Shown: positions 27,296-37,020, counted from the stretch's first letter. The stretch is 47,055 nucleotides of DNA from Candidatus Fervidifonticultor quintus (GCA_031459535.1 JAVKIJ010000014.1:1-47055); one strand, 5' to 3'. Numbers and translations are program-made. Notes: generated by a model not told the origin, from the letters alone.

Positions 27296-29008
27296 TCATG
27301 ACTTGGGGGGCTGCACGACAGCGGCGCGCAGCCGTTCCTCCAAACGCGCCAGTCCCCAGGCGGCATTCCGGCCCACGTGCACCTTGAGCACCCGGCGACC
27401 CCGCTGCAACAACGCCCGCAGGTCTCCCAGAGCCTGCGCGCGGATCAGCGCGCCGAAGGTGTAGGGACTGTCAGGGACGGGCAAGTCGTCCGGCGGCTCG
27501 TCGACACACTGCAGGAAGATACCGGTCGGGGGTCCGCCCTTGTGCAGTTGACCCGTTGAGTGCAGGAAGCGCGGACCGTATCCCAGGGTGGTCGCGACGC
27601 CGTACGTGGCGGCGATCAGCGTCCGAATCCGCGCAAACGCCCCCGCGGTCTCGTCCGTCGGCGCCAGATACGCCTGGATGCCGATGTAGTCCCCAGGCTT
27701 CACCTGCTGGAGCCACGCTTGCAGCGCATCGTCGAGCGCCCAGGTGTGCTCGGCCGGAATCCCCACCTCCAGGGCGTCCACGTGCGCAGCCTGCCCGGTC
27801 GAGGGGGCCGCGCGCTGCGCCACGGCCTGCGCCGCCAGGTCCTTGGCGAGCTGCACATCGGGTTGGTCAAACGGCTGAATCCCCAGCGCCGCCCCGGCCG
27901 CGGCCGTGGCGACCTCCCACCGGAAGAACTCGGCGCCCAGGTCGGCCTTCTGCGCCAGCTCGATGCGGATGACGGGATGGCCAGCGGCCTCGAGGCGGGC
28001 CAGGGCGGCATCCAGCGGCCGGGAGGGCTCGCCGGCGAGCTGGATAGAGACGAAGACACGATCGTCACCGTAGGTCTCTGCGGGCGCCAGCGGCTCATCA
28101 CAGATAGGGACGATACCCCTGCCGTCCTTCCCCGTGCTCTCGGCGATCAGTTGCTCGACCCACCAGGGCAGCGCGGTCAGCGACGGCGACGTGAAGAAGG
28201 TCAGCTTGTCGCGGCCCGCCAGGGCCAGCTCGCCCAGGGACGCACCCAGCGCGAGGCCGGGGTTGTCGGGGGCTGCGGCGGTGCAGGCCCGGGCCATCGT
28301 GACAGCCGCTCGAGCGAGGGGCTCGAGATCCACGCCGATCAGGACCGCCGGCACCAGGCCGAACACCGAGAGAGCCGAGTACCGCCCGCCCACGTCAGGC
28401 GGCGCCAGGAAGACCCGTCGGAACCCGTGCTGCTCCGCCAGGCGCGACAGCGGGGTCCCAGGATCGGTAATCGCCACGAAGTGCTCCCCCGGCGTCGCGT
28501 TCGCCGCGGCCACCGCCCGCCAGAAATGACGGAAGAAGGACAACGTCTCGGTGGTCGTGCCGGACTTGCTGGAGACCAGGAAGAGGGTGCGGCGCAGGTC
28601 GAGCCGGGCTTCCACCACGCGCACAGCCGCCGGGTGCGTGCTGTCCAGCACGATCAGCTCGGGATGTCCCGACCCGTGGCCGAACGTGCGTTGAAAGACC
28701 TCCGGCGCCAGGCTCGAGCCTCCCATCCCCAGCAGCACCACGTGGCGCGCGCCCTCGGCCTGTACTTCTTGGGCGAAGGTCCGAAGGTCGCCGACCGCGC
28801 CGGGCATCGCCCCGGGCAGATCCAGCCATCCCAGACGATCGGCCAACCCGGGCACAGGCACCGGCGACCAGAGCGTGTAGTCCTTCGCCCACAGGCGCCG
28901 CGCGAAGTCTGCCCGGCACCAGGCACGCAGCCTCGCGTCGATCCGCGCCCTGATGGCAGGATCGGCGGAGAGGGCGTACCAGGGGATACCGGAGGAGTCG
29001 ACACTCAT
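27296..29008 (-). CDS. pgi: Glucose-6-phosphate isomerase (Tal-Pgi-type PGI domain, standalone)
   Basis: RLGWL, GMGGSSL, SSKSGTTTE, VGGRYSALS, EQLIAESTGK, PFDQPDV, HSTGQLHKGG; ATGA overlap with the CDF stop. Confidence 0.88.
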   Translation of the reverse strand: MSVDSSGIPWYALSADPAIRARIDARLRAWCRADFARRLWAKDYTLWSPVPVPGLADRLGWLDLPGAMPGAVGDLRTFAQEVQAEGARHVVLLGMGGSSLAPEVFQRTFGHGSGHPELIVLDSTHPAAVRVVEARLDLRRTLFLVSSKSGTTTETLSFFRHFWRAVAAANATPGEHFVAITDPGTPLSRLAEQHGFRRVFLAPPDVGGRYSALSVFGLVPAVLIGVDLEPLARAAVTMARACTAAAPDNPGLALGASLGELALAGRDKLTFFTSPSLTALPWWVEQLIAESTGKDGRGIVPICDEPLAPAETYGDDRVFVSIQLAGEPSRPLDAALARLEAAGHPVIRIELAQKADLGAEFFRWEVATAAAGAALGIQPFDQPDVQLAKDLAAQAVAQRAAPSTGQAAHVDALEVGIPAEHTWALDDALQAWLQQVKPGDYIGIQAYLAPTDETAGAFARIRTLIAATYGVATTLGYGPRFLHSTGQLHKGGPPTGIFLQCVDEPPDDLPVPDSPYTFGALIRAQALGDLRALLQRGRRVLKVHVGRNAAWGLARLEERLRAAVVQPPKS

Positions 29009-29940
29009 CGGCGCGCGCTCCGCTCGAACGCCGTGCAGCGCGGACACGAACGCTCACAGGGCTCCACGTGGATGGTCACGTCGCTGCCGGGCAGCGCCTC
29101 TTCCACGTGCTGCTCCAGGTCGTCGGTGAGCCCGTGGGCCTGCCCCACGGTGAGCGTGCGGTGCAGGACCAGGTGCAAGTCCAGGAAGCGGGCGGCCCCG
29201 GCCTGCCGCGTCCGCATGCCGTGGTACTCGACGATCTCGTCGCGGTGGGCGTCGAAGATGGCGCGGATCTTCGCCTCGTCGTCGGGCGGGAGTCGCACAT
29301 CCATGAGGCCGCCGATCGAGCGCCGGTACAGGGCGACGCCCATCCAGATGATGTTGGCGCCCACCACCATGGCGGTGATGGCATCCAGCGGCGTCCAACC
29401 CGTCTGGGCCACCAGGGCCACGCCGGCAAATACACCGACGGACGTCAGGACGTCGGAGAGCAGATGCCGCGCCGAAGCCTCCAGGGCGATCGAGCGCTCG
29501 GCGCGGGAGACCCGCAGGAGGACCACCGCGACCGCGAGATTGGCCGCCGCGGCGGCACCCATCAGCGCCAGGCCCAGGGGCAGGCGCTCGAGCGGCTGGG
29601 GGTGGATGAGCCGGTTTGTGGCGCTCGCGACAATGACGAGGCCGGCGACGCCGATCATGGACGCTTCGGTCGCGCTGCTCACGTACTCCGCCTTGGCGTG
29701 GCCGTACTGGTGGCGGTCATCAGGCGGACGCACCGCGACCAGCAGGCTGATCAGGGCGACGTTGGCGGCCACCACGTTGACGATGGACTCGGCGGCATCC
29801 GAGAGGAGCGCAACCGACCCGGTGACCAGATAGGCGGCCAGCTTGAGCACGAGGATGGCCACGCCCGTCATCAGCGAGATTGCGCCCGCACGGACCCTGG
29901 GAGACGATGCGGCTACGCCCGCGGCGACCTGTTGGCGCAT
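29005..29940 (-). CDS. Cation diffusion facilitator (FieF-like)
   Basis: SVALLSDAAES, HQYGHAKAEY, HLLSDVLTS, TIHVEP. Confidence 0.92.
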   Translation of the reverse strand: MRQQVAAGVAASSPRVRAGAISLMTGVAILVLKLAAYLVTGSVALLSDAAESIVNVVAANVALISLLVAVRPPDDRHQYGHAKAEYVSSATEASMIGVAGLVIVASATNRLIHPQPLERLPLGLALMGAAAAANLAVAVVLLRVSRAERSIALEASARHLLSDVLTSVGVFAGVALVAQTGWTPLDAITAMVVGANIIWMGVALYRRSIGGLMDVRLPPDDEAKIRAIFDAHRDEIVEYHGMRTRQAGAARFLDLHLVLHRTLTVGQAHGLTDDLEQHVEEALPGSDVTIHVEPCERSCPRCTAFERSARR

Positions 29941-30070
29941 CGGAACACCTTCCTAATCTTACGTCGCGCTCGCGCAGGGAACCAGCAGGTGCCGGGGGAA
30001 CGTTGCCCATGGTCGGGGTGCAGGTCTGGTGCCGCCTCGCGATACGGCCCCGTCGTCGTGGAGGAGCAGG

Positions 30071-30931
30071 GTGAGGCGCATCCCGTTTCGGCTCGTCGAT
30101 GTGTTCGCGGCGCGGCCGCTGGCCGGTAACCAGCTCTGTGTGGTTCCTGAGGCGGCGAGCCTCGACGAGACCACCATGCAGGCACTGGCGACCGAGATCG
30201 GCTTCTCCGAGATCACGTTCGTCAACCAGAGCGGCGGCCAGCGGTACAGCATGCGGATCTTCACGCCGGTGGAGGAACTGCCGTTTGCGGGCCACCCGAC
30301 CCTCGGGACCGCCTACGTCCTCGTCGCCGAGGGGCGGGTGACCTCGCCGGCCGTCCAGACGACCCGCGCCGGCCAGGTCACGGTCGAGGTTGACGTGCCG
30401 CGTCACGTGGCCCGCATGCGGCAGCTGACACCGACTTGGGAGCCCGAGCTGCTCGATCGCGATGCGGTGGTCGCCGCCGTAGGGTTGGGAGCAGCTGACC
30501 TCCATCCCGACTTTCTACCCCAGGTGATCTCCACGGGACTGCCCCACCTCATCGTTCCGGCGGCCGGCACCGAGGTGGTAGGGCGAGCGCGGCCGGATGC
30601 CGATCGGCTGAAGGCGCTGCTGCAGCGCGTGGGCGCCGCAGGCCTCTATCTCTTCGCGCTGGACAGTGGTGGCGCCAAGGCCCGGATGTTCTATCCCGGC
30701 ACGCGTGCGGCCGAAGATCCGGCCACCGGCTCCGCAGCCGGGCCGCTGGGTGTGTACCTGGCGTTGCGTGGCACCGGGGGCGCCCCCGTCACCCTCACCA
30801 TCCGCCAGGGTGAGGAGGTCGGCCGGCCCAGCGTGTTGCACGTCGAGGTCTCTCACGAGGACGACACCTGGCAGGTCACTGTGGGCGGCGGGGTCTTCAT
30901 CGTCGGGGACGGCGCGTTCACACTGGCGTGA
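30071..30931 (+). CDS. PhzF-family isomerase/epimerase
   Basis: VDVFA..GNQL, FSE, ELPFAGHPTLG, EDPATGSAAG, QGEEVGRPS; GGAGGAG before GTG 30071. Confidence 0.92.
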   Translation: MRRIPFRLVDVFAARPLAGNQLCVVPEAASLDETTMQALATEIGFSEITFVNQSGGQRYSMRIFTPVEELPFAGHPTLGTAYVLVAEGRVTSPAVQTTRAGQVTVEVDVPRHVARMRQLTPTWEPELLDRDAVVAAVGLGAADLHPDFLPQVISTGLPHLIVPAAGTEVVGRARPDADRLKALLQRVGAAGLYLFALDSGGAKARMFYPGTRAAEDPATGSAAGPLGVYLALRGTGGAPVTLTIRQGEEVGRPSVLHVEVSHEDDTWQVTVGGGVFIVGDGAFTLA

Positions 30932-30981
30932 CCGCGGCGGTCCCTGGGGTGGAGCGCGGTGGCCCCACCCGGCCCTTGCAC

Positions 30982-32244
30982 TCAGGCCGGCCGCCCCGGC
31001 GGAATGTCGAACACGATGGGAGAACTGAGGAACTTCGAGGGGACGTACACCTGATAGACATGCGCGCCCGGTTCGGCGTCGGGCCTCGCGTAAGTGAACT
31101 CGATGCCTGGCGATTCCACCGCGTAGACGCTCCAGCGGATCAGGCGGCCGTCCTCGAAGAGCAGCACGCTGCGCGGGCGAGGCCTGGAGAAGGTCAGCGG
31201 AGCGCGCAGGGAGATCTGGACTCCGCGAACCCTAATCGGCGCGAAGCCCGGGGCGGGATCCAGATCCTCGAACTGGAACGCCCCACGGGAGACGCAGGTC
31301 CGCCCGGCGCGCAACGCATCCACGATGGCCTCCTCGGTGCACGCGCGATCGCCGAGGTACACATAGGTGGCGTGGGTGAGCTGCTCGTCCGCGAAATGGG
31401 GGAAGATCGCGGTCTCGGGATCGCCGGCCAGGAATCGGAGCGCGGTGCTGCTGACCACACGGAACAGCCAGGCGTACGCGCGCCGTAGAGGAGGGAAGGC
31501 TTCCAGCATATCTGCGACCGCCGGGACCACTTCGGGCCCCACGTGGTAGTCGCAGCTTGCATACACCGCCTTGGGCCGGTGAAACCGGCGGACGTAGTCC
31601 GCAACGAGCTCCAGGTCCTCGGCCTCGTGGAGAATGTCCGCAGCGCCCGAGTAAAAGAAATCCAGGTACTCGCTCCTCTCGACCCGGGTGAGGTCATAGC
31701 GGTAGTCGGAGTAGCCGCCCCGCGTGCCGAGCGGGCTGTGCTGGAACTGGTGGCTCGCCGCCGGCGGGACGCCGTGCGCCAGGAGCTTCTCTTGAAGGGC
31801 CAGGACCGTCCCCAGACGGCCCTCGCTGTCCGGCCAGTGCCCGAAAGGATCGGTGCCAGGGGTCTGCCAGTCGAACTCGCCTGCCCGCGCGAGGCTGCGG
31901 ATCGTGAACGCGATGGTGTGCGCCTCGGAGAAGTCCTCCACCGCCGGGTTGTTCCAGTGGACCTCCATCTCTCCGCCGGGGATCACAGGGATCCCGACGT
32001 CCCGGCTGGCACGGTCACACGCGCGGATGTAGTCGTCGGGGGTGCGGCGCGTGAACAGCTTGAGGTTGCGCAGGTGGTCGGTGACGACCAGGAAGTCGTA
32101 GCCCCGCCGCCTGGCGATCTGCGCCGCCCGGCGCACGGTGGCCCACCCGTCGGAGAAGCGCGTGTGGAAGTGGATCAGCCCTCTGGCCCAGCCCCGGGCC
32201 CGGTGAGGGTTCGCGCCGTGGGGTCGAGGTGACAGTGGCAGCAT
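30982..32244 (-). CDS. PHP-family metallohydrolase with C-terminal beta domain
   Basis: HFHTRFSDG, VTDH, IPGGE, H, SCDYH, EAIVDALRAGR. Confidence 0.75.
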   Translation of the reverse strand: MLPLSPRPHGANPHRARGWARGLIHFHTRFSDGWATVRRAAQIARRRGYDFLVVTDHLRNLKLFTRRTPDDYIRACDRASRDVGIPVIPGGEMEVHWNNPAVEDFSEAHTIAFTIRSLARAGEFDWQTPGTDPFGHWPDSEGRLGTVLALQEKLLAHGVPPAASHQFQHSPLGTRGGYSDYRYDLTRVERSEYLDFFYSGAADILHEAEDLELVADYVRRFHRPKAVYASCDYHVGPEVVPAVADMLEAFPPLRRAYAWLFRVVSSTALRFLAGDPETAIFPHFADEQLTHATYVYLGDRACTEEAIVDALRAGRTCVSRGAFQFEDLDPAPGFAPIRVRGVQISLRAPLTFSRPRPRSVLLFEDGRLIRWSVYAVESPGIEFTYARPDAEPGAHVYQVYVPSKFLSSPIVFDIPPGRPA

Positions 32245-32255
32245 CTACCTTCGCG

Positions 32256-32287
32256 CCGAGGGCCCGCCGCAAGCGGCGGGCCCTCGG
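32256..32287 (-). terminator. Strong GC hairpin after the solute-binding protein gene (terminator or mRNA stabiliser)
   Basis: CCGAGGGCCCGCCG-CUUG-CGGCGGGCCCUCGG, 14-bp stem, no U-tract. Confidence 0.6.
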
Positions 32288-32312
32288 GATGTCTTCGACG
32301 GGGAGCCCGGCG

Positions 32313-33887
32313 CTACTCTTTGTACAGCAGGTACGTCCGGAAGATCGTCGTCGCGTCCAGGGTGATCCCCCGGACGTTCTTCTGGGCAATCACGTAGCTC
32401 TGCGCCAGGTTCTGCCACAGCGGCACCAGAATGGCCGAGTCCGCCAGCTTCTGCTGGGCCTGCTTGTAGAGCACCGAGCGTGCGTTCTGATCGGCGGTCT
32501 TCTTGGCACCACCCAGTAGCTTCTGGAACTCGGCGTAGAGGGCCTTGTCGATGGAACCGGTGGCCTTGTTCAGGTACGTCCCAAGCCCCTGAGGGCTCTC
32601 CGTCAGCCACGGGGCCAGGAAGTTGTCCGGGTCTACGAAGTCCGGGAACCACCCGAGCAGGAACATGCCGAACTGGCCGGCAGCCATGGCCTTGGTGTAG
32701 TCGCCCCACTCCGACGACTTGACCTCGACCGTCATCAGCCCCGACTCCTCCAGCGAGGACTTGATGACCGCCGCGGCGTCCGATTCGGTGGTCCCGTAGT
32801 GGCTGGGGGTGTACCACAGCGTCAGGGCCAGCTTGTTCCCCTCCGAATAGCCGGCCTCGGTCAGCAGGCTCTTGGCCTTGGCGAGATCCCGCTTGGGGAA
32901 GGCGTCGATGTGGCTCCACATACCCGGCGGCACCATGCTGTAGAGCGGCTGGTTCAGACCGCCGAACACGTCGCTGACAATCCGGTCCCGGTTGACGGCA
33001 TACGCAATCGCCCGCCGGACTTTGGGGTTGTCAAAGGGCGAGGCCGTGACGTTGAACACGATGTAGCGCACTGAGGGGAACGAGTCGCTGCGGACCACCT
33101 GCAGCCGCTCGCTTTTCGACAGCCGCTTGATGTCTTCGGGACTGAAGGACCGGTAGCCCACATCCACCTGACCGGCTTCCACGGCGGCGGCTAGGGCTGC
33201 CGAGTCGGCGTAGAAGACGGTGATGACCCGCCGGTTCCTCGGCTTCGCCCCCCAGTAGCGGGGGTAGGCGTCGAAGACGGTGCGCTGCCCTGGCGTGTAC
33301 TGCGCCAGCCGGTAGGGCCCGGTGCCCGCGTACTGGATGCCCTTCGCAAACGCGTTCGCCGGGGTCGTCTTGGGGCTGACGATGACCGAGATCGCGATGG
33401 ACTCGGAGATCCGGGAGAGGAACGTGGCGTCGGGATCCTTCAGGGCGAACCGCACGGTCCCGGAGTCCACGACGTCGACGGACTTGATGTTCTCGATGAG
33501 CCCCAGCGCCCCTTCGGGGCCCTTCAACTTGAACGCCCGATCGAACGAGAACTTCACTGCCTGGGAGTTGAACGGCGCGCCGTCGGTGAACGTGACCCCG
33601 CGCCGCAGCTTGAACGTGTAGACCTTGCCGTCAGGCGCCACGGTCCAGCTCGTGGCCAGCAACGGCACGATCTGCGTCGTGCCCGGCTTGAAGCCGGTCA
33701 ACGCCTGGGCAGTGTTCTGGAACACGAACCAGGTCCAGTAGTCGTAGGAGTTGGCTGGATCCAGCGTGGTGATCTTGTCGGTGGTCCCCAGGACGATGGT
33801 GTCCTTGGGTACTGCCGCCGGAGTGCTCGTCGGTACCAACAGCGCCAGCGCCGCTATCGCCAGCGCGACGACCGCGAGTCTTCTCAC
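32313..33887 (-). CDS. ABC transporter substrate-binding protein, family 5 (peptide/nickel type)
   Basis: TLDPA, YTFKLRRGVTFTDG.PF, GTGPY, VRRAIAYAVNR, GWFPDFVDPD. Confidence 0.93.
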   Translation of the reverse strand: MRRLAVVALAIAALALLVPTSTPAAVPKDTIVLGTTDKITTLDPANSYDYWTWFVFQNTAQALTGFKPGTTQIVPLLATSWTVAPDGKVYTFKLRRGVTFTDGAPFNSQAVKFSFDRAFKLKGPEGALGLIENIKSVDVVDSGTVRFALKDPDATFLSRISESIAISVIVSPKTTPANAFAKGIQYAGTGPYRLAQYTPGQRTVFDAYPRYWGAKPRNRRVITVFYADSAALAAAVEAGQVDVGYRSFSPEDIKRLSKSERLQVVRSDSFPSVRYIVFNVTASPFDNPKVRRAIAYAVNRDRIVSDVFGGLNQPLYSMVPPGMWSHIDAFPKRDLAKAKSLLTEAGYSEGNKLALTLWYTPSHYGTTESDAAAVIKSSLEESGLMTVEVKSSEWGDYTKAMAAGQFGMFLLGWFPDFVDPDNFLAPWLTESPQGLGTYLNKATGSIDKALYAEFQKLLGGAKKTADQNARSVLYKQAQQKLADSAILVPLWQNLAQSYVIAQKNVRGITLDATTIFRTYLLYKE

Positions 33888-33932
33888 GCAGCCTCACCTC
33901 CCTGCAGTGTGCCTGGCACCCACGGGTGTTCG

Positions 33933-34763
33933 CTATTCGCCTGCCCGGCGCCTCCTGGGGTTCAGGAGGTCGTTGAGACCCTCGCCGACCAGACCGAACG
34001 CCAGCGAGACGAGGACGATGACCAACCCGGGAAATGTGATGAGCCACCAGAATCCGGACATGAGATACCGCTGGCCGTTCTGGATGTCGAACCCCCAGTC
34101 CGGCACGGGCGGCGGCAGGCCAAACCCCAGGAAGGCGAGGGCGGCCTCGGTCACGATGGCATCGGCAATGTTGAACGAAGGAACGGTCATCACCGCGCTA
34201 AGCGTGTTGGGCGCCACGTGGCGAACCAGCAGGCGCAGGGTCGAACCCCCCAGGGCCCGCGCTGCCTCCACGTACTCTTGCTCACGGACCACGAGCACCT
34301 GCCCGCGCGCCACCCGGAAGTAGGCGGGGATGTAGACGAAGGCAATGGCGGCGATCATGTTCTCGAGTCCGGGGCCGAGCATGGCCACGATGGCAATGGC
34401 CAGCACCAGGGCGGGGAACGAATAGATGGCATCCATGATGACGGTGAGGGTGCGGTCGGTCCGGCCGGCGATGAAGCCCGAGAGCCATCCCAGCGCGGTT
34501 CCCACCGTCAGGGAGATCACGCACGAGACCAGGGCGACCAGCAACGGGATGCGCCCACCGTGCAGGACGCGGCTGAAGACATCGCGCCTGAGCTGGTCGG
34601 TGCCCATCACGTGCTTCTGGGAGGGAGGCTGGAGGCGTTCGCTCTCGGGCCCCGTCGTCGCCGTGGGATCGTACGGGGCAAGGATCGGGGCCAGGAGCGT
34701 TGCCAGCACGAACAGACCCACAATCGTCAGCCCAGCGTATAGGAGGATCCGTGGTCCGCTCAC
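33933..34763 (-). CDS. Peptide ABC permease (DppC/OppC-like)
   Basis: HVMGTDQLRRD, EYVEAARALG, FLGFG.PPP.PDWG. Confidence 0.93.
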   Translation of the reverse strand: MSGPRILLYAGLTIVGLFVLATLLAPILAPYDPTATTGPESERLQPPSQKHVMGTDQLRRDVFSRVLHGGRIPLLVALVSCVISLTVGTALGWLSGFIAGRTDRTLTVIMDAIYSFPALVLAIAIVAMLGPGLENMIAAIAFVYIPAYFRVARGQVLVVREQEYVEAARALGGSTLRLLVRHVAPNTLSAVMTVPSFNIADAIVTEAALAFLGFGLPPPVPDWGFDIQNGQRYLMSGFWWLITFPGLVIVLVSLAFGLVGEGLNDLLNPRRRRAGE

Positions 34764-34793
34764 GGCGCGGGCGCGTCTCCCTCGCAGCGTGGC

Positions 34794-35810
34794 TCAGTAG
34801 CGCACACGGGGGTCCAGCCGCGCGTAGAACACGTCCACCGCCAGATTGACCGCCGAGATGAACAGTGCGATGAACACCACGGTACCCTGGATGGCGGGGA
34901 AGTCCCGGTTCTCGATGCTCTCCAACAGGTAGCGCGCGATCCCCGGCCACGAGTAGACCGTCTCCGTCAGGATGGCTCCGCCCATGAGTAGGGCGAACTG
35001 CAGGCCGATGACGGTCACGATGGGGATCAGGGCGTTGCGCAGCGCGTGCCGGCCCACCACGGTCGCCTCGCGCAGACCCTTGGAGCGCGCGGTGGTCACG
35101 TACTCGCGCCCCAGCACCTCCAGCATGCTGGTCCGGCTCATCCGGCCGATGAAGCCTGAGACGACCAGCCCCAGCGTGGTCGCCGGCAGCACCAGGTGGC
35201 GCACCACGTCCACAAACGCCTCCAGGTTGCCGCGCAGCAGCGTGTCTAGCACGTAGAATCCCGTGACCGGATCGAAGAAGGCGCCCGTGACCGGGTCGAG
35301 GCGTCCTCCCACCGGCAACCACCGCAGATTGACCGCGAAGATGATGAGCAGCATCAGGCCGATCCAGAACACCGGCATGGCGAAGGCGGCGATGTTGAAC
35401 AAGCGAATGACGTGGTCTGCCAACCGGTCGCTATGGGTCGCCGCGAAGATCCCCGTGGACATGCCCAGCAGGGTCGCCACCAGCATGCCGGCCACGGCCA
35501 GCTCAATGGTGGCGGGAAACCGCAGCAGCAGTTCCGTGATGACCGGGAGGCCGGTGCGAATCGAATCCCCGAAGTCGCCGCGCCCGATCCCGCCCAGGTA
35601 GGCCAGATACTGGACCCAGACCGGGCGATCGACCCCCAGCGCCTGGCGGCAGTTCTGGATCTGCTCGGGGCCCACGTTGCGACCGCCCAGCATGGCCAGG
35701 CACGGGTCGCCGGGAATGACGCGCAGGATCAGGAACACCACCGTCAGGAGGATGATCAGCATGGGCACGGTCAGTGCCAGCCGCGCCAGGATGTAGCGCC
35801 CGACTCCCAC
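34794..35810 (-). CDS. Peptide ABC permease (DppB/OppB-like)
   Basis: GDFGDS, FPATIEL, YVTTARSKGL, HALRNA, LDPRVRY. Confidence 0.93.
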   Translation of the reverse strand: MGVGRYILARLALTVPMLIILLTVVFLILRVIPGDPCLAMLGGRNVGPEQIQNCRQALGVDRPVWVQYLAYLGGIGRGDFGDSIRTGLPVITELLLRFPATIELAVAGMLVATLLGMSTGIFAATHSDRLADHVIRLFNIAAFAMPVFWIGLMLLIIFAVNLRWLPVGGRLDPVTGAFFDPVTGFYVLDTLLRGNLEAFVDVVRHLVLPATTLGLVVSGFIGRMSRTSMLEVLGREYVTTARSKGLREATVVGRHALRNALIPIVTVIGLQFALLMGGAILTETVYSWPGIARYLLESIENRDFPAIQGTVVFIALFISAVNLAVDVFYARLDPRVRY

Positions 35811-35908
35811 GATCCGCTCCTCGACCGACGGTCGCGTACTCCTCCTTTCGGCACCACCCCGCGCTCTCCTGGACCCGGGCTCGCCCGGGCATCCGGCCCG
35901 GCGCCCTC

Positions 35909-35937
35909 TTGACGGACGCGCAGCTGGCGGATACGAT
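35909..35937 (+). promoter_or_regulatory. Sigma70-type promoter TTGACG-N17-TACGAT of the dpsL operon
   Basis: Near-consensus -35 and -10 with 17-nt spacing. Confidence 0.75.
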
Positions 35938-35943
35938 GAATTT

Positions 35944-35968
35944 ACTCATAGTCATTATGACTATGAGT
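35944..35968. promoter_or_regulatory. Perfect 12-1-12 palindrome, PerR/Fur-type operator
   Basis: ACTCATAGTCAT-T-ATGACTATGAGT over the predicted +1. Confidence 0.8.
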
Positions 35969-36002
35969 TATATCTATCCCAGTACCACGGAGGGGACAGG
36001 TC

Positions 36003-36491
36003 ATGGGTCAAACCGGACGGGCGATTGTCGATCTCAACGTGGAGGAGGTCATCGCAGACCTCAAGCGCGCGTACCTGGACGAGCTGCTGGCATTCTACTC
36101 GTACTGGATCACCGCCACCGTCGCCGAAGGATTCCACGGCGAAGAACTCACCGAGCACTTCAAGGAAGAAGCCCTGGAGGAACTGGGGCACGCCGGCAAG
36201 CTGGCCGAGCGCATCGTGCAGCTCGGTGGGGATCCCGTCGTGCACCCCAGGGACTGGGAGGCCGGTGCCAACGCCCCGTGGACCCGACCGAGGGCGGATT
36301 GGGCGGACGCCGACGGGATGGTGGCCGATCAGATCAACGCCGAGGCTGGGGCGATCAAGGCGTACAACGCCCTGGCCAAGAAGACGTTCGGCAAGGACCC
36401 CGTCACCTACAACCTCGCCGTTGCACTCCTCGAGGACGAGGTAGGGCACGAGGAGTTCCTCGAGAATCTCATCGCCCGCAAGAACCCTTGA
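36003..36491 (+). CDS. DPS-like (DpsL) / bacterioferritin-related ferritin-family protein
   Basis: AYLDELLAFYSY, EELGHA..LAERIVQLGG.P, AE..AI..Y, KDPVTY, LEDEVGHE. Confidence 0.88.
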   Translation: MGQTGRAIVDLNVEEVIADLKRAYLDELLAFYSYWITATVAEGFHGEELTEHFKEEALEELGHAGKLAERIVQLGGDPVVHPRDWEAGANAPWTRPRADWADADGMVADQINAEAGAIKAYNALAKKTFGKDPVTYNLAVALLEDEVGHEEFLENLIARKNP

Positions 36492-36509
36492 GCGCGGGAG
36501 GTTGCCCCA

Positions 36510-36540
36510 GGAGGGCCGGCGGGTCCCCCGCCGGCCCTCC
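36510..36540 (+). terminator. 14-bp GC hairpin between dpsL and perR
   Basis: GGAGGGCCGGCGGG-TCC-CCCGCCGGCCCTCC; no U-tract. Confidence 0.55.
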
Positions 36541-36548
36541 CGACCACC

Positions 36549-37019
36549 ATGGGCGGTACTGACGACACCTGGCACGTGGCGGGCGCGCTGCGCGCCAGCG
36601 GTCTGCGGCTCACCGGTGCGCGCCGGGCCCTGCTGACCTACCTGGCCCGCCGGCGCCAGCATCTCACCGCCGGCGAGATTGCCGACGGGCTGCGCCGTGC
36701 CGGCGCCCGCGTGGGCGTGGCCACGGTCTACCAGAATCTCCAGACGCTCAGTGACCGAGGCCTGCTGAGGCGGTTTGCCGGGCCCGACGGTCTGATGCGG
36801 TACGACGTGAACCTCTCCACCCACCACCACCTGGTCTGTGAACGGTGTGGTCGCATCGCTGATGTGGGCCTCGCCAGCCGGGCGCCGATCCGGCCGGCCC
36901 CGGTGGGCGGGGGAAGCCTCCGGGGATGGGCCGTCCGCCGCCACCAAGTCGAGTTCCTCGGGATCTGCCCCGTCTGTCAGCGGCCGGCCCACCGTCTGGG
37001 GCGAGACGTCCAGCGATGA
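36549..37019 (+). CDS. Fur-family regulator, PerR-like
   Basis: HLTA, ATVYQNL, RYD..HHHLVCERCGRIAD, GICPVC. Confidence 0.88.
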   Translation: MGGTDDTWHVAGALRASGLRLTGARRALLTYLARRRQHLTAGEIADGLRRAGARVGVATVYQNLQTLSDRGLLRRFAGPDGLMRYDVNLSTHHHLVCERCGRIADVGLASRAPIRPAPVGGGSLRGWAVRRHQVEFLGICPVCQRPAHRLGRDVQR

Positions 37020-37020
37020 C

